The notes beneath the pieces are model-generated. The model had not been told where the DNA came from, ran no database searches, and saw only the letters and a list, made by a program, of their open reading frames with translations. 40,660 nt of DNA, taken from the IMG/VR virus record IMGVR_UViG_3300030376_004181, positions 1-40,660 of that record; one strand, 5' to 3'. Positions 32,406-40,660 of the stretch are shown here, piece after piece (position 1 is the stretch's first letter; each line of letters starts with the position of its first letter). The stretch comes from a virus (taxonomy: Duplodnaviria > Caudoviricetes). The position numbers and the translations under genes were made by a program.

Positions 32406-33221
32406 GTGGCTGGCGTAGCATACCGTACTTCAACAGATTACAGAAACGCAAGCTCTTACCGAGAGTCAAGCGTTACCGTATCTCCTTCAACAATAGCTTG
32501 TACTGCAACTGTACCGGCTGTAACCGTGACAGCCTTTGCGAATGTTGCCGTTGCGGTAATTGCAGGTACGACAACTGTACCTGCTACGACTGTAACAGGA
32601 ACAGCTAGTGTAACTTCTAGCGTTATAGCTACTAGCGCTACTACGCCATCAACTACCATATCAGGCACAGCTACTGTAACTCCTAGTGTTATTGCTGGTG
32701 TTGCTACAACTCCATCTGCGACTATATCTGGTACAGCAAGTGTAGCTCCTAGTGTTATTTCTACGGCTGTTACAACGCCTTCTGTGACCGTTACAGGTGA
32801 CGCTGGTATAGCACCTTCAGTAATTGCTGGAACGTCTACAGTGCCGTCTGTAACTGTTAGCATGGATCAGAACATAACAGTTACTCTTATAGAGGCATCT
32901 ACGTCTGTAGATCAACTGTTATTTCACCGTAAATACGTTCCTGTGTTTGGAAATACAGTGCCTACGTTAGATGTTACTAGGTTTCCTGTTATTAGTCCTG
33001 CTAGGAACTTGCGGAGATTCTATCCTCCGACGGCTAGAGGGGTTAATATATTTATATTAAACGATGGGTCAGTGACGACCCGACAACCGGCAGATGTGAG
33101 TAAAGTTTCTCGGACAATATATGGTGGGCATGAATCCCCCACTGATTTTACAGATGAAGAACTAAACGCTTTAAAAAATGCTGGCTACGGAATAGAGGTA
33201 GAGGGTTATGCCACGGTATGA
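32406..33221 (+). CDS. Thr/Val/Ser/Ala-rich repeat virion protein
   Basis: About seven 19-aa repeats (V.PSVIA....TPS.T.SGTAS). Confidence 0.65.
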   Translation: MAGVAYRTSTDYRNASSYRESSVTVSPSTIACTATVPAVTVTAFANVAVAVIAGTTTVPATTVTGTASVTSSVIATSATTPSTTISGTATVTPSVIAGVATTPSATISGTASVAPSVISTAVTTPSVTVTGDAGIAPSVIAGTSTVPSVTVSMDQNITVTLIEASTSVDQLLFHRKYVPVFGNTVPTLDVTRFPVISPARNLRRFYPPTARGVNIFILNDGSVTTRQPADVSKVSRTIYGGHESPTDFTDEELNALKNAGYGIEVEGYATV

Positions 33222-33600
33222 CTATAAATGCAACAGATGTAAGAACGTTGAAGAAATAATACATGGCTTTAATGATGAGCATTCGTTTCATTGCGTTGAC
33301 TGTGGGCAGGCAATGATTAAACTTATTTCAGGTGTGAACATTGCGCCTTCTGCTATGCCTTCTCGTAACTCTGTAATTGATTTAGAAGCTACGAAGAAAG
33401 CTGATAAAGCTAAGGATGCTGATATGTCTGCGTATAAGCGGTTGCGTAAGAGCGGTTTGCAACCTAAATCTATTAACGGGTCAGCACATTTGGAGAAACA
33501 TGCTGAAACTAAGAGCGAGGTTCAGGCAGGGCGTTTGTATTCTAGTGATGCGAGTAGGAAAGAAAGCGAACGACTTATGAATAGTATTGAGGCGTTATGA
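33208..33600 (+). CDS. FmdB-family zinc-ribbon protein
   Basis: MPRYDYKCNRC...CVDCGQAMIKLIS. Confidence 0.75.
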   Translation: MPRYDYKCNRCKNVEEIIHGFNDEHSFHCVDCGQAMIKLISGVNIAPSAMPSRNSVIDLEATKKADKAKDADMSAYKRLRKSGLQPKSINGSAHLEKHAETKSEVQAGRLYSSDASRKESERLMNSIEAL

Positions 33601-34526
33601 CTGCTCAAACGTGGATAGATGAAACAAAGAACTTGTTGTTAACTGACTATGTTGAAGAGTGCGATACGTTAGGGACAACGTTAAACACTACTGAAACGAC
33701 TGTTAATTTTACGCATGACACGGCAGGGATAGTAGCTGGTACGATTATTGAAATTGGCACTGAATTAATGTACGTGTTTAGTGTTAACGCTACAACGAAC
33801 GATGCTACTGTTCGGCGTGGCTTCCGTGGCACAACTGCTGCTTCTCATACCGCAGGTGATTTGGTTACTGTTAACCCTAAGTTCCCTGCACAGCTTGTAT
33901 TAAACGCTGTTAATGATGAGTTAGCTGATTTGTCATCGCCTCAGAATGGTTTGTATCAGATGAAAACAGTGTCGTTTACGTACAATGTGTCGCAAGATGG
34001 GTACAATTTGACGGGTGTAACTGACGATATACTGTCTGTCTATCAGGTAACTTACGCTGATTTAGGGTCTGAAGACGCTGAACCTGTGTTACCTACGTGG
34101 ACTTTGCGTCGTGATAGGGACACTAGCACGTTTGCTTCAGGCTATGCGCTGGTGTTACATGATGACGCTACGTCTGGGCAAGCTGTCAGAGTGCAATACA
34201 AGACAGGGTTTACTGCGTTAGCTGCTACTTCAACTGCGTTAAGTACTGTTGGTTTGCATTCACAAGCCTACGATTTGCCTCCGTTAGGAGCTGCTTTAAG
34301 GTTGATGTCTACACGACCTGTTCGGCGTGAGTTTATAGATGAGCAGGGGTCTAGTCGTAGGGCTGAGGAGGTTCCTTCTGGGGCTGTGTCTGCTTCTATG
34401 CGTGACCTTAGAGCGTTACGGGACATGAGAATAAGCGCTGAGGCTACACGTTTGGATACGCAATACCCGATGTATTGGATGCGGTCAGGTGGTAAGACAC
34501 AAAACTCTGTGTATAGAGGAGTGTAA
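33597..34526 (+). CDS. putative tail adaptor/head-tail connector
   Basis: IIEIGTELMYV..TVRRGFRGTTAASH insert; position before a nozzle-like gene. Confidence 0.55.
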   Translation: MTAQTWIDETKNLLLTDYVEECDTLGTTLNTTETTVNFTHDTAGIVAGTIIEIGTELMYVFSVNATTNDATVRRGFRGTTAASHTAGDLVTVNPKFPAQLVLNAVNDELADLSSPQNGLYQMKTVSFTYNVSQDGYNLTGVTDDILSVYQVTYADLGSEDAEPVLPTWTLRRDRDTSTFASGYALVLHDDATSGQAVRVQYKTGFTALAATSTALSTVGLHSQAYDLPPLGAALRLMSTRPVRREFIDEQGSSRRAEEVPSGAVSASMRDLRALRDMRISAEATRLDTQYPMYWMRSGGKTQNSVYRGV

Positions 34527-36449
34527 ATGGTTCATAAAGCTGAACGTTTACCCGTTACGCTAACGATTAATGACACTGAGCATAAATATAGTGTTGATAT
34601 TGAGCAGTATCGGCGTACTGCTGTGCCGTTGTTGCGTGAACAGCGTGATACTTCTGATGAGGCAGGCGAGCAATCTATTAATAATCAGTTTTGGTTAAGG
34701 TCGCAAACAGATTGGAACTTAGGTTCTGGTCAACAGTTCTTTGATAAACCTAAGTCTGATAGAAGTAGGTTTAGTTCGTCTTTGGGTGTTGATGTGTGGA
34801 CTGAGGGTCAGTTTTCTTTGTTGCCTTTGTCTGAGACTAAGAATAATGCGTTGTCTTTAACGAATGTTATTATGAAAGTGTTCCGTAAGGTAGACGGTGG
34901 CGTTGACCACATGTATGTTGCTAATGGGAACACGTTGGTTTATTCAACTAACTTTAGTGCTGCTGATGGGTCAGTAACATGGACTGCTGTAAACGCTCCT
35001 GCTTCTGGTAGTGCTTCTACGATTACAGACATTACGTCTGATGGGACTAACGTGTACATAGCGTATGGAAGCGCACGTGTCCCAACTAAACAAACGTTAG
35101 GTTCTGCTACAGCACCAGCTAATTACGGGTCGTTGAACCCTGACTACTTGCGTGTTGTAAGCGGTAGGTTATTCGGGATAGATGGCAAAAACATTTATGA
35201 AGACAACGGAAGTGGGGCTAAGGTATCAAGCAGTTTAGATTCTACGTTACTTGACGGAGAATGGGTTGCTGTATCTGCTGGACCAGCAGGGTTTTACGCT
35301 GCGAGTAACACAGCAGGAACAGGAGCCATAAGTTATATTAGCATTGGTGAAACTGACGGGTTGCTTAACGAACCACAGCAAGTAACTGAACTCCCTAGAG
35401 GTGAAGAGATTAACGAAATGATTTCGTACGCAGGGTTTGTTGCTCTTGCAACTACAAAGGGTTTACGTTTAGGGGCTATAGATACAAACAGAGGGTCTAT
35501 AACGTATGGTCCTGTCATAGAAGACGCTGGTGAAGTGCATTGTTTAACTACAGATCAAAGGTTTATATGGTTTGGAGGCAGTTCAGGTAAGTTGTACAGG
35601 GCTGATTTGTCACGGTTTACTGAAACTCTTGTGCCAGCATGGGCTAGTGACATGTTGTCAGTTGGTGACGGCAATAGCTTAGGCAACGTTACGTATGTTG
35701 CTAGGTCAGGTGGCAAAACATTTTTTGTAGATGCAGGTAACGGAGTGCAGGGTGAGCAGTCGTTAGGGCATTTGGTAGCGTCAGGAACGTTAACGATTGG
35801 TGATATTAAATGGAATAGCCAGTTTAATAAAGTGTTGCAGACTCTTGAAATACGTTCAGCGCCTGATTCTGTGGTGTCTGCTGTGCGTACATGGGCTGAT
35901 GCTAACGTGGCTTGGGGTGACCCTGACGAGTTTTGGGTGGGTCAAACAGCTACAGTAGGTGGCGACATAACCGCTACGGTAACGAACGATAACAATAATT
36001 CTATTACTACGGCTGCTTTAGCTAACAAAACAAAGGTAAACGTTGCGGCTAGTGACGGCACAGAGCTGGTTCCTAAGTTGTCTGAGTCGTTCAGGTTACA
36101 GTTTAATTTAACAAGAGATTCGGTAGCGACTGCTGGACCTGTTATAGAATCATGGCGAGTAGAAGCATTTGCAGCTCCTACCAGAGTAGATGAAATAATT
36201 ATACCTATAATGCTTAAAAGCAGGGTAGCTACATCACGTGGCATGGGTTCAGCCGTAGCGTACAACACTAAAGATGAGTACGAAGCGTTGCGTTCAGCGA
36301 TGGTTAACAAAGATATTGTTACATATCAGGAAGGGTCACGGTCAGATAGCGTAGTCATTGACCAAGTTCAGATGTCTGCAGAGAAATTGTCTGATGATGG
36401 TAATTGGTGGGAGGGTACATGCACTCTCCGGTTACTTACAGTACCATAG
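34527..36449 (+). CDS. putative tail nozzle/tubular protein (beta-propeller-like)
   Basis: RSQTDWNLGSGQ, GVDVWTEGQFSLL; repeated beta blades (ITDITSDGTNVYIA). Confidence 0.6.
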   Translation: MVHKAERLPVTLTINDTEHKYSVDIEQYRRTAVPLLREQRDTSDEAGEQSINNQFWLRSQTDWNLGSGQQFFDKPKSDRSRFSSSLGVDVWTEGQFSLLPLSETKNNALSLTNVIMKVFRKVDGGVDHMYVANGNTLVYSTNFSAADGSVTWTAVNAPASGSASTITDITSDGTNVYIAYGSARVPTKQTLGSATAPANYGSLNPDYLRVVSGRLFGIDGKNIYEDNGSGAKVSSSLDSTLLDGEWVAVSAGPAGFYAASNTAGTGAISYISIGETDGLLNEPQQVTELPRGEEINEMISYAGFVALATTKGLRLGAIDTNRGSITYGPVIEDAGEVHCLTTDQRFIWFGGSSGKLYRADLSRFTETLVPAWASDMLSVGDGNSLGNVTYVARSGGKTFFVDAGNGVQGEQSLGHLVASGTLTIGDIKWNSQFNKVLQTLEIRSAPDSVVSAVRTWADANVAWGDPDEFWVGQTATVGGDITATVTNDNNNSITTAALANKTKVNVAASDGTELVPKLSESFRLQFNLTRDSVATAGPVIESWRVEAFAAPTRVDEIIIPIMLKSRVATSRGMGSAVAYNTKDEYEALRSAMVNKDIVTYQEGSRSDSVVIDQVQMSAEKLSDDGNWWEGTCTLRLLTVP

Positions 36450-36452
36450 AGT

Positions 36453-37211
36453 ATGGCTAAAATTCTGTATTACGATATAGAAACAGCACCTAATTTGGCG
36501 TATGTGTGGGGTCAATACCAGCAGGATGTTATAGCACATGAGCGTGAATGGTACATGATGTGTGTGTCATATCGTTGGGAGCATCAGAAACGCACGCATG
36601 TATGCGCAATGGTTGATTTTCCTGAAGCTTATACGAAAGACCCTGAAAACGATTACTATGTTGTAAAAAAATTGTGGGAATTAATTGATGAAGCTGACAT
36701 TGTTATAGCGCATAACGGCGACAAGTTTGATATGCGTAAAGCTAACGCTAGGTTTGTGAAGCATGGGTTAGGTCCAGCCTCACCTGTTAAGTCTGTTGAT
36801 ACGTTGAAGGTAGCTCGCAGGTATTTTATGTTTAATTCAAATCGTTTGAATCATGTGGGGCAACACTTGGGGCTTGGTCAGAAGGTAGATACGGGTGGCT
36901 TTCAGACATGGGCTGGGTGTATGCGTGGCGATATGAAAGCTTGGAAGACTATGATTAAGTACGCTCGTCAAGATGTGGATTTGTTGCGTGATGTGTATTT
37001 GGCGTTGCGACCTTGGATGAAGAACCATCCTAACCTTAACATTGATACAAAGGAACATGCGTGTCCTACTTGCGGTTCATATAACTTGCAACGTCGGGGT
37101 TACAAGACAACTCAAACTACTTCGTATCAACAATGGCAATGCAATGATTGTAGGTCGTATAGCAGAAGCAGGCTGGCTGAAAAAACAGAAAAACCCTCTA
37201 TAGTTCCGTAG
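36453..37211 (+). CDS. DEDD 3'-5' exonuclease (RNase H-like) with C-terminal zinc ribbon
   Basis: YDIET, AHNGDKFD, DTL, YARQDV; CPTC...CNDC. Confidence 0.85.
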   Translation: MAKILYYDIETAPNLAYVWGQYQQDVIAHEREWYMMCVSYRWEHQKRTHVCAMVDFPEAYTKDPENDYYVVKKLWELIDEADIVIAHNGDKFDMRKANARFVKHGLGPASPVKSVDTLKVARRYFMFNSNRLNHVGQHLGLGQKVDTGGFQTWAGCMRGDMKAWKTMIKYARQDVDLLRDVYLALRPWMKNHPNLNIDTKEHACPTCGSYNLQRRGYKTTQTTSYQQWQCNDCRSYSRSRLAEKTEKPSIVP

Positions 37212-37233
37212 CGTTTAGTTGTACTGTGGGTAA

Positions 37234-38760
37234 ATGGCTCGTTTTTTCTTTGCCCTGTCACGCATATTGTTAGCTTCCATGTTTGTTATGGCGATAATTA
37301 GTCCTGTGTCAGCACAAGAGAGCGAGCCTGAGACAACGTGTGCAGATCAAGAAGATGTTACTTCGTGTACTGTGCATGTGGATGATTATGATGCTCCGCC
37401 TGTGGTGTATATGACAGTCGCTGAAGATCAGACTGCTGTTGAAATCATTACCTATACGTCATTGACATGCGATAATCATGGCTTAGAAAGCATTTATGCT
37501 GACCCTTACCTTATATTATATGACAGTGGTGGGACAATTATTGGTGAAGATGATGATTCAGCGAGCCACAATGACGGTTCTAACATGTGTTGGGACAGTT
37601 ATTTGAACCTTACGTTGGATGCAGGGGACTATGAATTGTCAGCTACTGCATACGATGGGGAAACTATAGGAACGTATACGTTAGAGTTTTCTGGTGTGAG
37701 CTGGTCGTTGTCTAATGACTCTGAGCCTGCGCCTGATCCTGAACCTACTCCAGAACCAGAACCTACGCCCGAACCAACTCCTGAGCCTACGCCTGAACCT
37801 GTAGAGCCTACGCCTGAGCCAGACCCTGAACCGGAACCAACGCCTACGCCTGAAGAGGAAGTTGAACCTCCCGTAGATGAGCCTATTCAAAGTCCCACTC
37901 CTCTCCCAGAAGAACCAGAAGAAGAGCCAGAACCAGACCCAGTGTGGGAACCCCCCATAGAAGATACATTGCCAGACCCAGAGCCAATTCTTCCATCACC
38001 ATTTGAAGAAAATCCGTTGCCACCAGTGACAATAGACATAGAGGAATTAGAAGATGATTCATTTAATGATGATATCATTTGGGACTTAGAAGATGTAGAA
38101 TGGGATGACTTTGAGTGGGATGAGTTACCTGAGATAGAGGAATTAGATGAACTATTACCAGAAGAAGATGAGGCAGAGGCGGAAGAAGAGGCAACTTTTG
38201 TTGATGAAGCAGAACAAGAACAGCCAGATCAAGTACAATCAGATGTGGAACTAGAGGAAGAATTTGTTCTTGAAGAGTACGAAGACATTGAAGAGATAGA
38301 CTTTGAGGAGTTAGACGTTGATGAGCTTGACGACGAAATTATTGCTGAGATATTACAAGATGAAGAGGCTGTTGAGGTCTTTCTTGAAGAGGTCTTAGAA
38401 GACAACCCTGATTTCTTTGAGGAAGCTACCGAAGATCAAGTGTCTGTAATTTTTGAGTCAGCACCGGAGCTGTTTAATGAGGCTTCTGATGAGGTTAAGG
38501 ATGAACTTGAGGCTGAGATTAATGTGTATGCTGGTGGTTTTGGTGAGTATGTGCCAGAGGATTCAACAATATCTGTTGATGAAAGGCGGAGTATTATTGC
38601 GGTGGCTACAGCGACTGCTACAATAGCTACAGTAGCGGTTGCTAGACCTACACCGCCACCTACACCAAGACCTACAACTCCAACCCCTCCAAGACCTAGC
38701 AGTCCATCGGCTGTTTCTCCCAGTGGTCCAACGATCAGGAGAAACAATGATAAAACGTAA
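37234..38760 (+). CDS. secreted, membrane-anchored acidic surface protein with PPC-like domain and (PE/PT)n stalk
   Basis: Signal peptide ending VSA-Q; DPYLILYD...IGEDDDS...[11 protein letters not shown]-like motif; Pro-Glu-Thr repeats; Asp/Glu-rich domain; C-terminal hydrophobic segment. Confidence 0.75.
   Translation: MARFFFALSRILLASMFVMAIISPVSAQESEPETTCADQEDVTSCTVHVDDYDAPPVVYMTVAEDQTAVEIITYTSLTCDNHGLESIYADPYLILYDSGGTIIGEDDDSASHNDGSNMCWDSYLNLTLDAGDYELSATAYDGETIGTYTLEFSGVSWSLSNDSEPAPDPEPTPEPEPTPEPTPEPTPEPVEPTPEPDPEPEPTPTPEEEVEPPVDEPIQSPTPLPEEPEEEPEPDPVWEPPIEDTLPDPEPILPSPFEENPLPPVTIDIEELEDDSFNDDIIWDLEDVEWDDFEWDELPEIEELDELLPEEDEAEAEEEATFVDEAEQEQPDQVQSDVELEEEFVLEEYEDIEEIDFEELDVDELDDEIIAEILQDEEAVEVFLEEVLEDNPDFFEEATEDQVSVIFESAPELFNEASDEVKDELEAEINVYAGGFGEYVPEDSTISVDERRSIIAVATATATIATVAVARPTPPPTPRPTTPTPPRPSSPSAVSPSGPTIRRNNDKT
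37723..37853 (+). repeat. coding tandem repeats encoding PEPTPE
   Basis: Degenerate CCTGAACCTACT/GAGCCTACGCCT units. Confidence 0.8.
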
Positions 38761-38929
38761 ACTTAAACGGTTAACACGTGAAGTATTTATTCTTAGTTTA
38801 ACTGCTGGCTCTACGGGTATTGTGCTGATTACGTTGTCAGGGGAGACAAGAGAGTACGGTATTTGGATTACCGTAGCTAGCTTTGTGTGTCACATGGTAG
38901 GTGTATGGATTGATTGGAAAGAAGAGTGA
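38747..38929 (+). CDS. small two-TM membrane protein (allele of 807..989)
   Basis: Near-identical protein with many synonymous changes. Confidence 0.8.
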   Translation: MIKRKLKRLTREVFILSLTAGSTGIVLITLSGETREYGIWITVASFVCHMVGVWIDWKEE

Positions 38930-39111
38930 CTCTTGAAGCACTGTTCTTAGTTATTCTTACAGCTTGTCTTGTGCCTTGGATGGCTTGGATTTCTACCGTG
39001 TTAATTAAGATTGAGATACGTTTAGCTAAGGGTGACGAAGCTTTAGAGACTGCTGAAGAACGGTTAGCTGACCATGAGCAACGCATCAGGGCGTTAGAGT
39101 CTGTCCGTTAG
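38926..39111 (+). CDS. TM plus coiled-coil protein (allele of 986..1171)
   Basis: Near-identical protein. Confidence 0.8.
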   Translation: MTLEALFLVILTACLVPWMAWISTVLIKIEIRLAKGDEALETAEERLADHEQRIRALESVR

Positions 39112-39457
39112 CCTTGTCTAGTTGATGTCGCCAGATCATTAATAGTTCTGACGCAAAGTCAGCATCCATAACAGCTACAGTGCCTACTTGCTTGCCTACT
39201 GTGGACCTTCTGTCCCCGTGTATGGCAAAGATAACCCACTTGTTGTCGTCTGATACGTTACGTATGCGAGCTATCCACTTGAACAAAGACCATGCTTTAC
39301 GGTACTTGACTTCCACTGTCACGCCTGTGTCCCCCAACCAGATATCATGCGATTCAGTGGAAGCCGAAGTCCTTTTCACATCTTTGTGTCCCCACTGTAT
39401 CAAGAGATCACGGATGATGTTCTCCCCTACAGTGCCTTTCTGTCGTGCTTTACTCAC
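39086..39457 (-). CDS. Holliday junction resolvase (allele of 1742..2107)
   Basis: SKARQKG..GE...HDIWLG...VEVK. Confidence 0.75.
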   Translation of the reverse strand: MSKARQKGTVGENIIRDLLIQWGHKDVKRTSASTESHDIWLGDTGVTVEVKYRKAWSLFKWIARIRNVSDDNKWVIFAIHGDRRSTVGKQVGTVAVMDADFASELLMIWRHQLDKANGQTLTP

Positions 39458-39606
39458 TGTTTGACGTAAGGCACGTTGTCTATGTAGATGTTTATTATTC
39501 TACGTAGCATACCTGAACGTGACCTGCCTTCCTCAAGGGCTAGCAAATCTACTTGGTCAAGTAATTCTTTGGGCATTCGTAAGGCTACGAGTTGATCGTT
39601 ACTCAT
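39454..39606 (-). CDS. ribbon-helix-helix protein (allele of 2639..2830; not in the ORF track)
   Basis: Hand translation MSNDQLVALRMPKELLDQVDLLALEEGRSRSGMLRRIINIYIDNVPYVKQ; coupled on both sides. Confidence 0.75.
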   Translation of the reverse strand: MSNDQLVALRMPKELLDQVDLLALEEGRSRSGMLRRIINIYIDNVPYVKQ

Positions 39607-40037
39607 TAGAATGGCATCTCCTTAGCTTCTTGGCGTGCATCTCCCCAGTGTTCAGAGTCTGAGTCTACGATGGCTGTTCGCCCTGCCCAGTCGTCTTGCT
39701 TGGGTTTGATTACGTTGGCTACATCCCACACGTTACAGTTCCAAGAGGTTTTCATTTCGCCTTCCTTGTTCTTGTAACTGCTTTGTGAGAACTTACCTCG
39801 TATCATTACACGTGAACCTTTGCCTGTTTTATCTGCAATGGTTTCTGCTAATGCTGTTGACCCGTCTCTACTGTCCTCCCATATCGTGAGGTTAACCCAG
39901 ATAGTAGGGTCGTCTTTCTTTACTTGGTAGGCTAATGCGTTTTCGTATACGACTTTGCCTACTGAGTCTATTACTTTCATTTGCCATTCTCTTCCGAGAT
40001 TGCCGTGAAGGTAGTGTGTGTGTTCGTTTATACTCAT
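39606..40037 (-). CDS. ssb: single-stranded DNA-binding protein (diverged allele)
   Basis: GNLGREW, WVNLTIW, KGSRVMIRGKF, C-terminal MPF. Confidence 0.85.
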   Translation of the reverse strand: MSINEHTHYLHGNLGREWQMKVIDSVGKVVYENALAYQVKKDDPTIWVNLTIWEDSRDGSTALAETIADKTGKGSRVMIRGKFSQSSYKNKEGEMKTSWNCNVWDVANVIKPKQDDWAGRTAIVDSDSEHWGDARQEAKEMPF

Positions 40038-40441
40038 TCTTCTCCTTTACTGAGTTCTTTGTGTAGTCGGTAGCTTTCGTCACCTGTCCACATGCTTAAT
40101 CCGAGAGAACACCGCATCGCAATACGTTTTATGCCGTCGCTGACTGAACTCTTGGCGTTCTGACCTGAGTGCTTACTAGGTCTTTCTACCTCTCCTATCT
40201 CTTGGATAGTCGTAACCCTGCCGTCTATGGTGAAGGTGCATTCAAGGATGCAACCCTCAACGATACCTTCAGGGCTACGTATCAGCTCTACTATTCGCAT
40301 GTCAAACGGTCCGAGATGAGCGAGCAGGAATTGTGTTATGTCTCCGTGACTAACGTACCTGTCTCCTCTTCCTGTTGGTTTAACTTTTACATACGCTTCT
40401 GGTATGGGTTTAGCTAACTTGGCTAGCTGGGATGTCATCAT
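40034..40441 (-). CDS. Rad52/Sak-like annealing protein (allele of 3379..3795)
   Basis: Core nearly identical in amino acids to the left copy. Confidence 0.7.
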   Translation of the reverse strand: MMTSQLAKLAKPIPEAYVKVKPTGRGDRYVSHGDITQFLLAHLGPFDMRIVELIRSPEGIVEGCILECTFTIDGRVTTIQEIGEVERPSKHSGQNAKSSVSDGIKRIAMRCSLGLSMWTGDESYRLHKELSKGEE

Positions 40442-40660
40442 TCTCTCTTTCTATTGTTTTAAATTGTGGATACTCTTCTTCTAACTCTTTCATACGTCTC
40501 TGTGAAGAGACCCAACTTCCCCAACAATACATTGTCCAATCTTCTAAATCATTTAACAATTCTTTATTAGGTTCTGTTTCTTCTTCTTCTAATCTCTCCG
40601 CTAGAGATAAAAAGTTTTCCATGCCTTGCATCATTTTGACATCGTGTGCAAGCCACTTGT
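40410..40660 (-). CDS. hypothetical protein, 5'-truncated (allele of 3788..4048)
   Basis: Near-identical DNA; runs off the window end. Confidence 0.75.
   Translation of the reverse strand, partial: KWLAHDVKMMQGMENFLSLAERLEEEETEPNKELLNDLEDWTMYCWGSWVSSQRRMKELEEEYPQFKTIERENDDIPASQVS

Larger units (their letters stand above)
37938..40660 (+). repeat. diverged terminal duplication of 1..4005
   Basis: Collinear homologous genes; final 98 nt (40563-40660) identical to 3908-4005. Confidence 0.9.

Noticed and set aside
12113-38747. Many short antisense or alternate-frame ORFs inside late genes
   Set aside because: Shadow ORFs of long, motif-supported plus-strand genes, with no RBS or motif support.
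1-40660. tRNA genes, integrase/att site, introns or inteins, alternative genetic code
   Set aside because: No cloverleaf or recombinase motif was noticed by eye, the major genes are uninterrupted, and all three stop codons end genes normally; tRNAscan and HMM runs would confirm.

Overview
The window holds an apparently complete tailed-phage genome (podovirus-like gene set, about 36.7-37.9 kb unit length). The host is probably an actinobacterium, based on a WhiB-like regulator, Gram-positive-type LexA boxes and an r1t-like holin. There are two divergent arms. The minus-strand arm (about 1.2-10.5 kb) carries small early genes plus recombination genes (Cas4-like nuclease, Rad52-like annealase, SSB, resolvase, methylase). 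The plus-strand late arm (about 11.4-39.1 kb) carries terminase, portal, large internal virion proteins, scaffold, major capsid, tail and lysis genes, a DEDD exonuclease and a very acidic surface protein. I see no integrase, DNA polymerase, primase or helicase. The two ends (1-4005 and about 37938-40660) are diverged alleles of one module and finish in a 98-nt exact overlap, which probably reflects two sister strains joined in one assembly. The most notable signal is non-coding, in the early arm. A long, multiply pseudoknotted leader ends in a type III hammerhead-like ribozyme whose stem III sequesters the first Shine-Dalgarno. The next eight small genes are each preceded by a covarying two-hairpin RNA motif (two families), which are candidate new processing or self-cleaving RNAs. 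Upstream lies a cluster of host-operator-like palindromes, including four LexA boxes. All calls were made by eye, with no database searches or folding programs.
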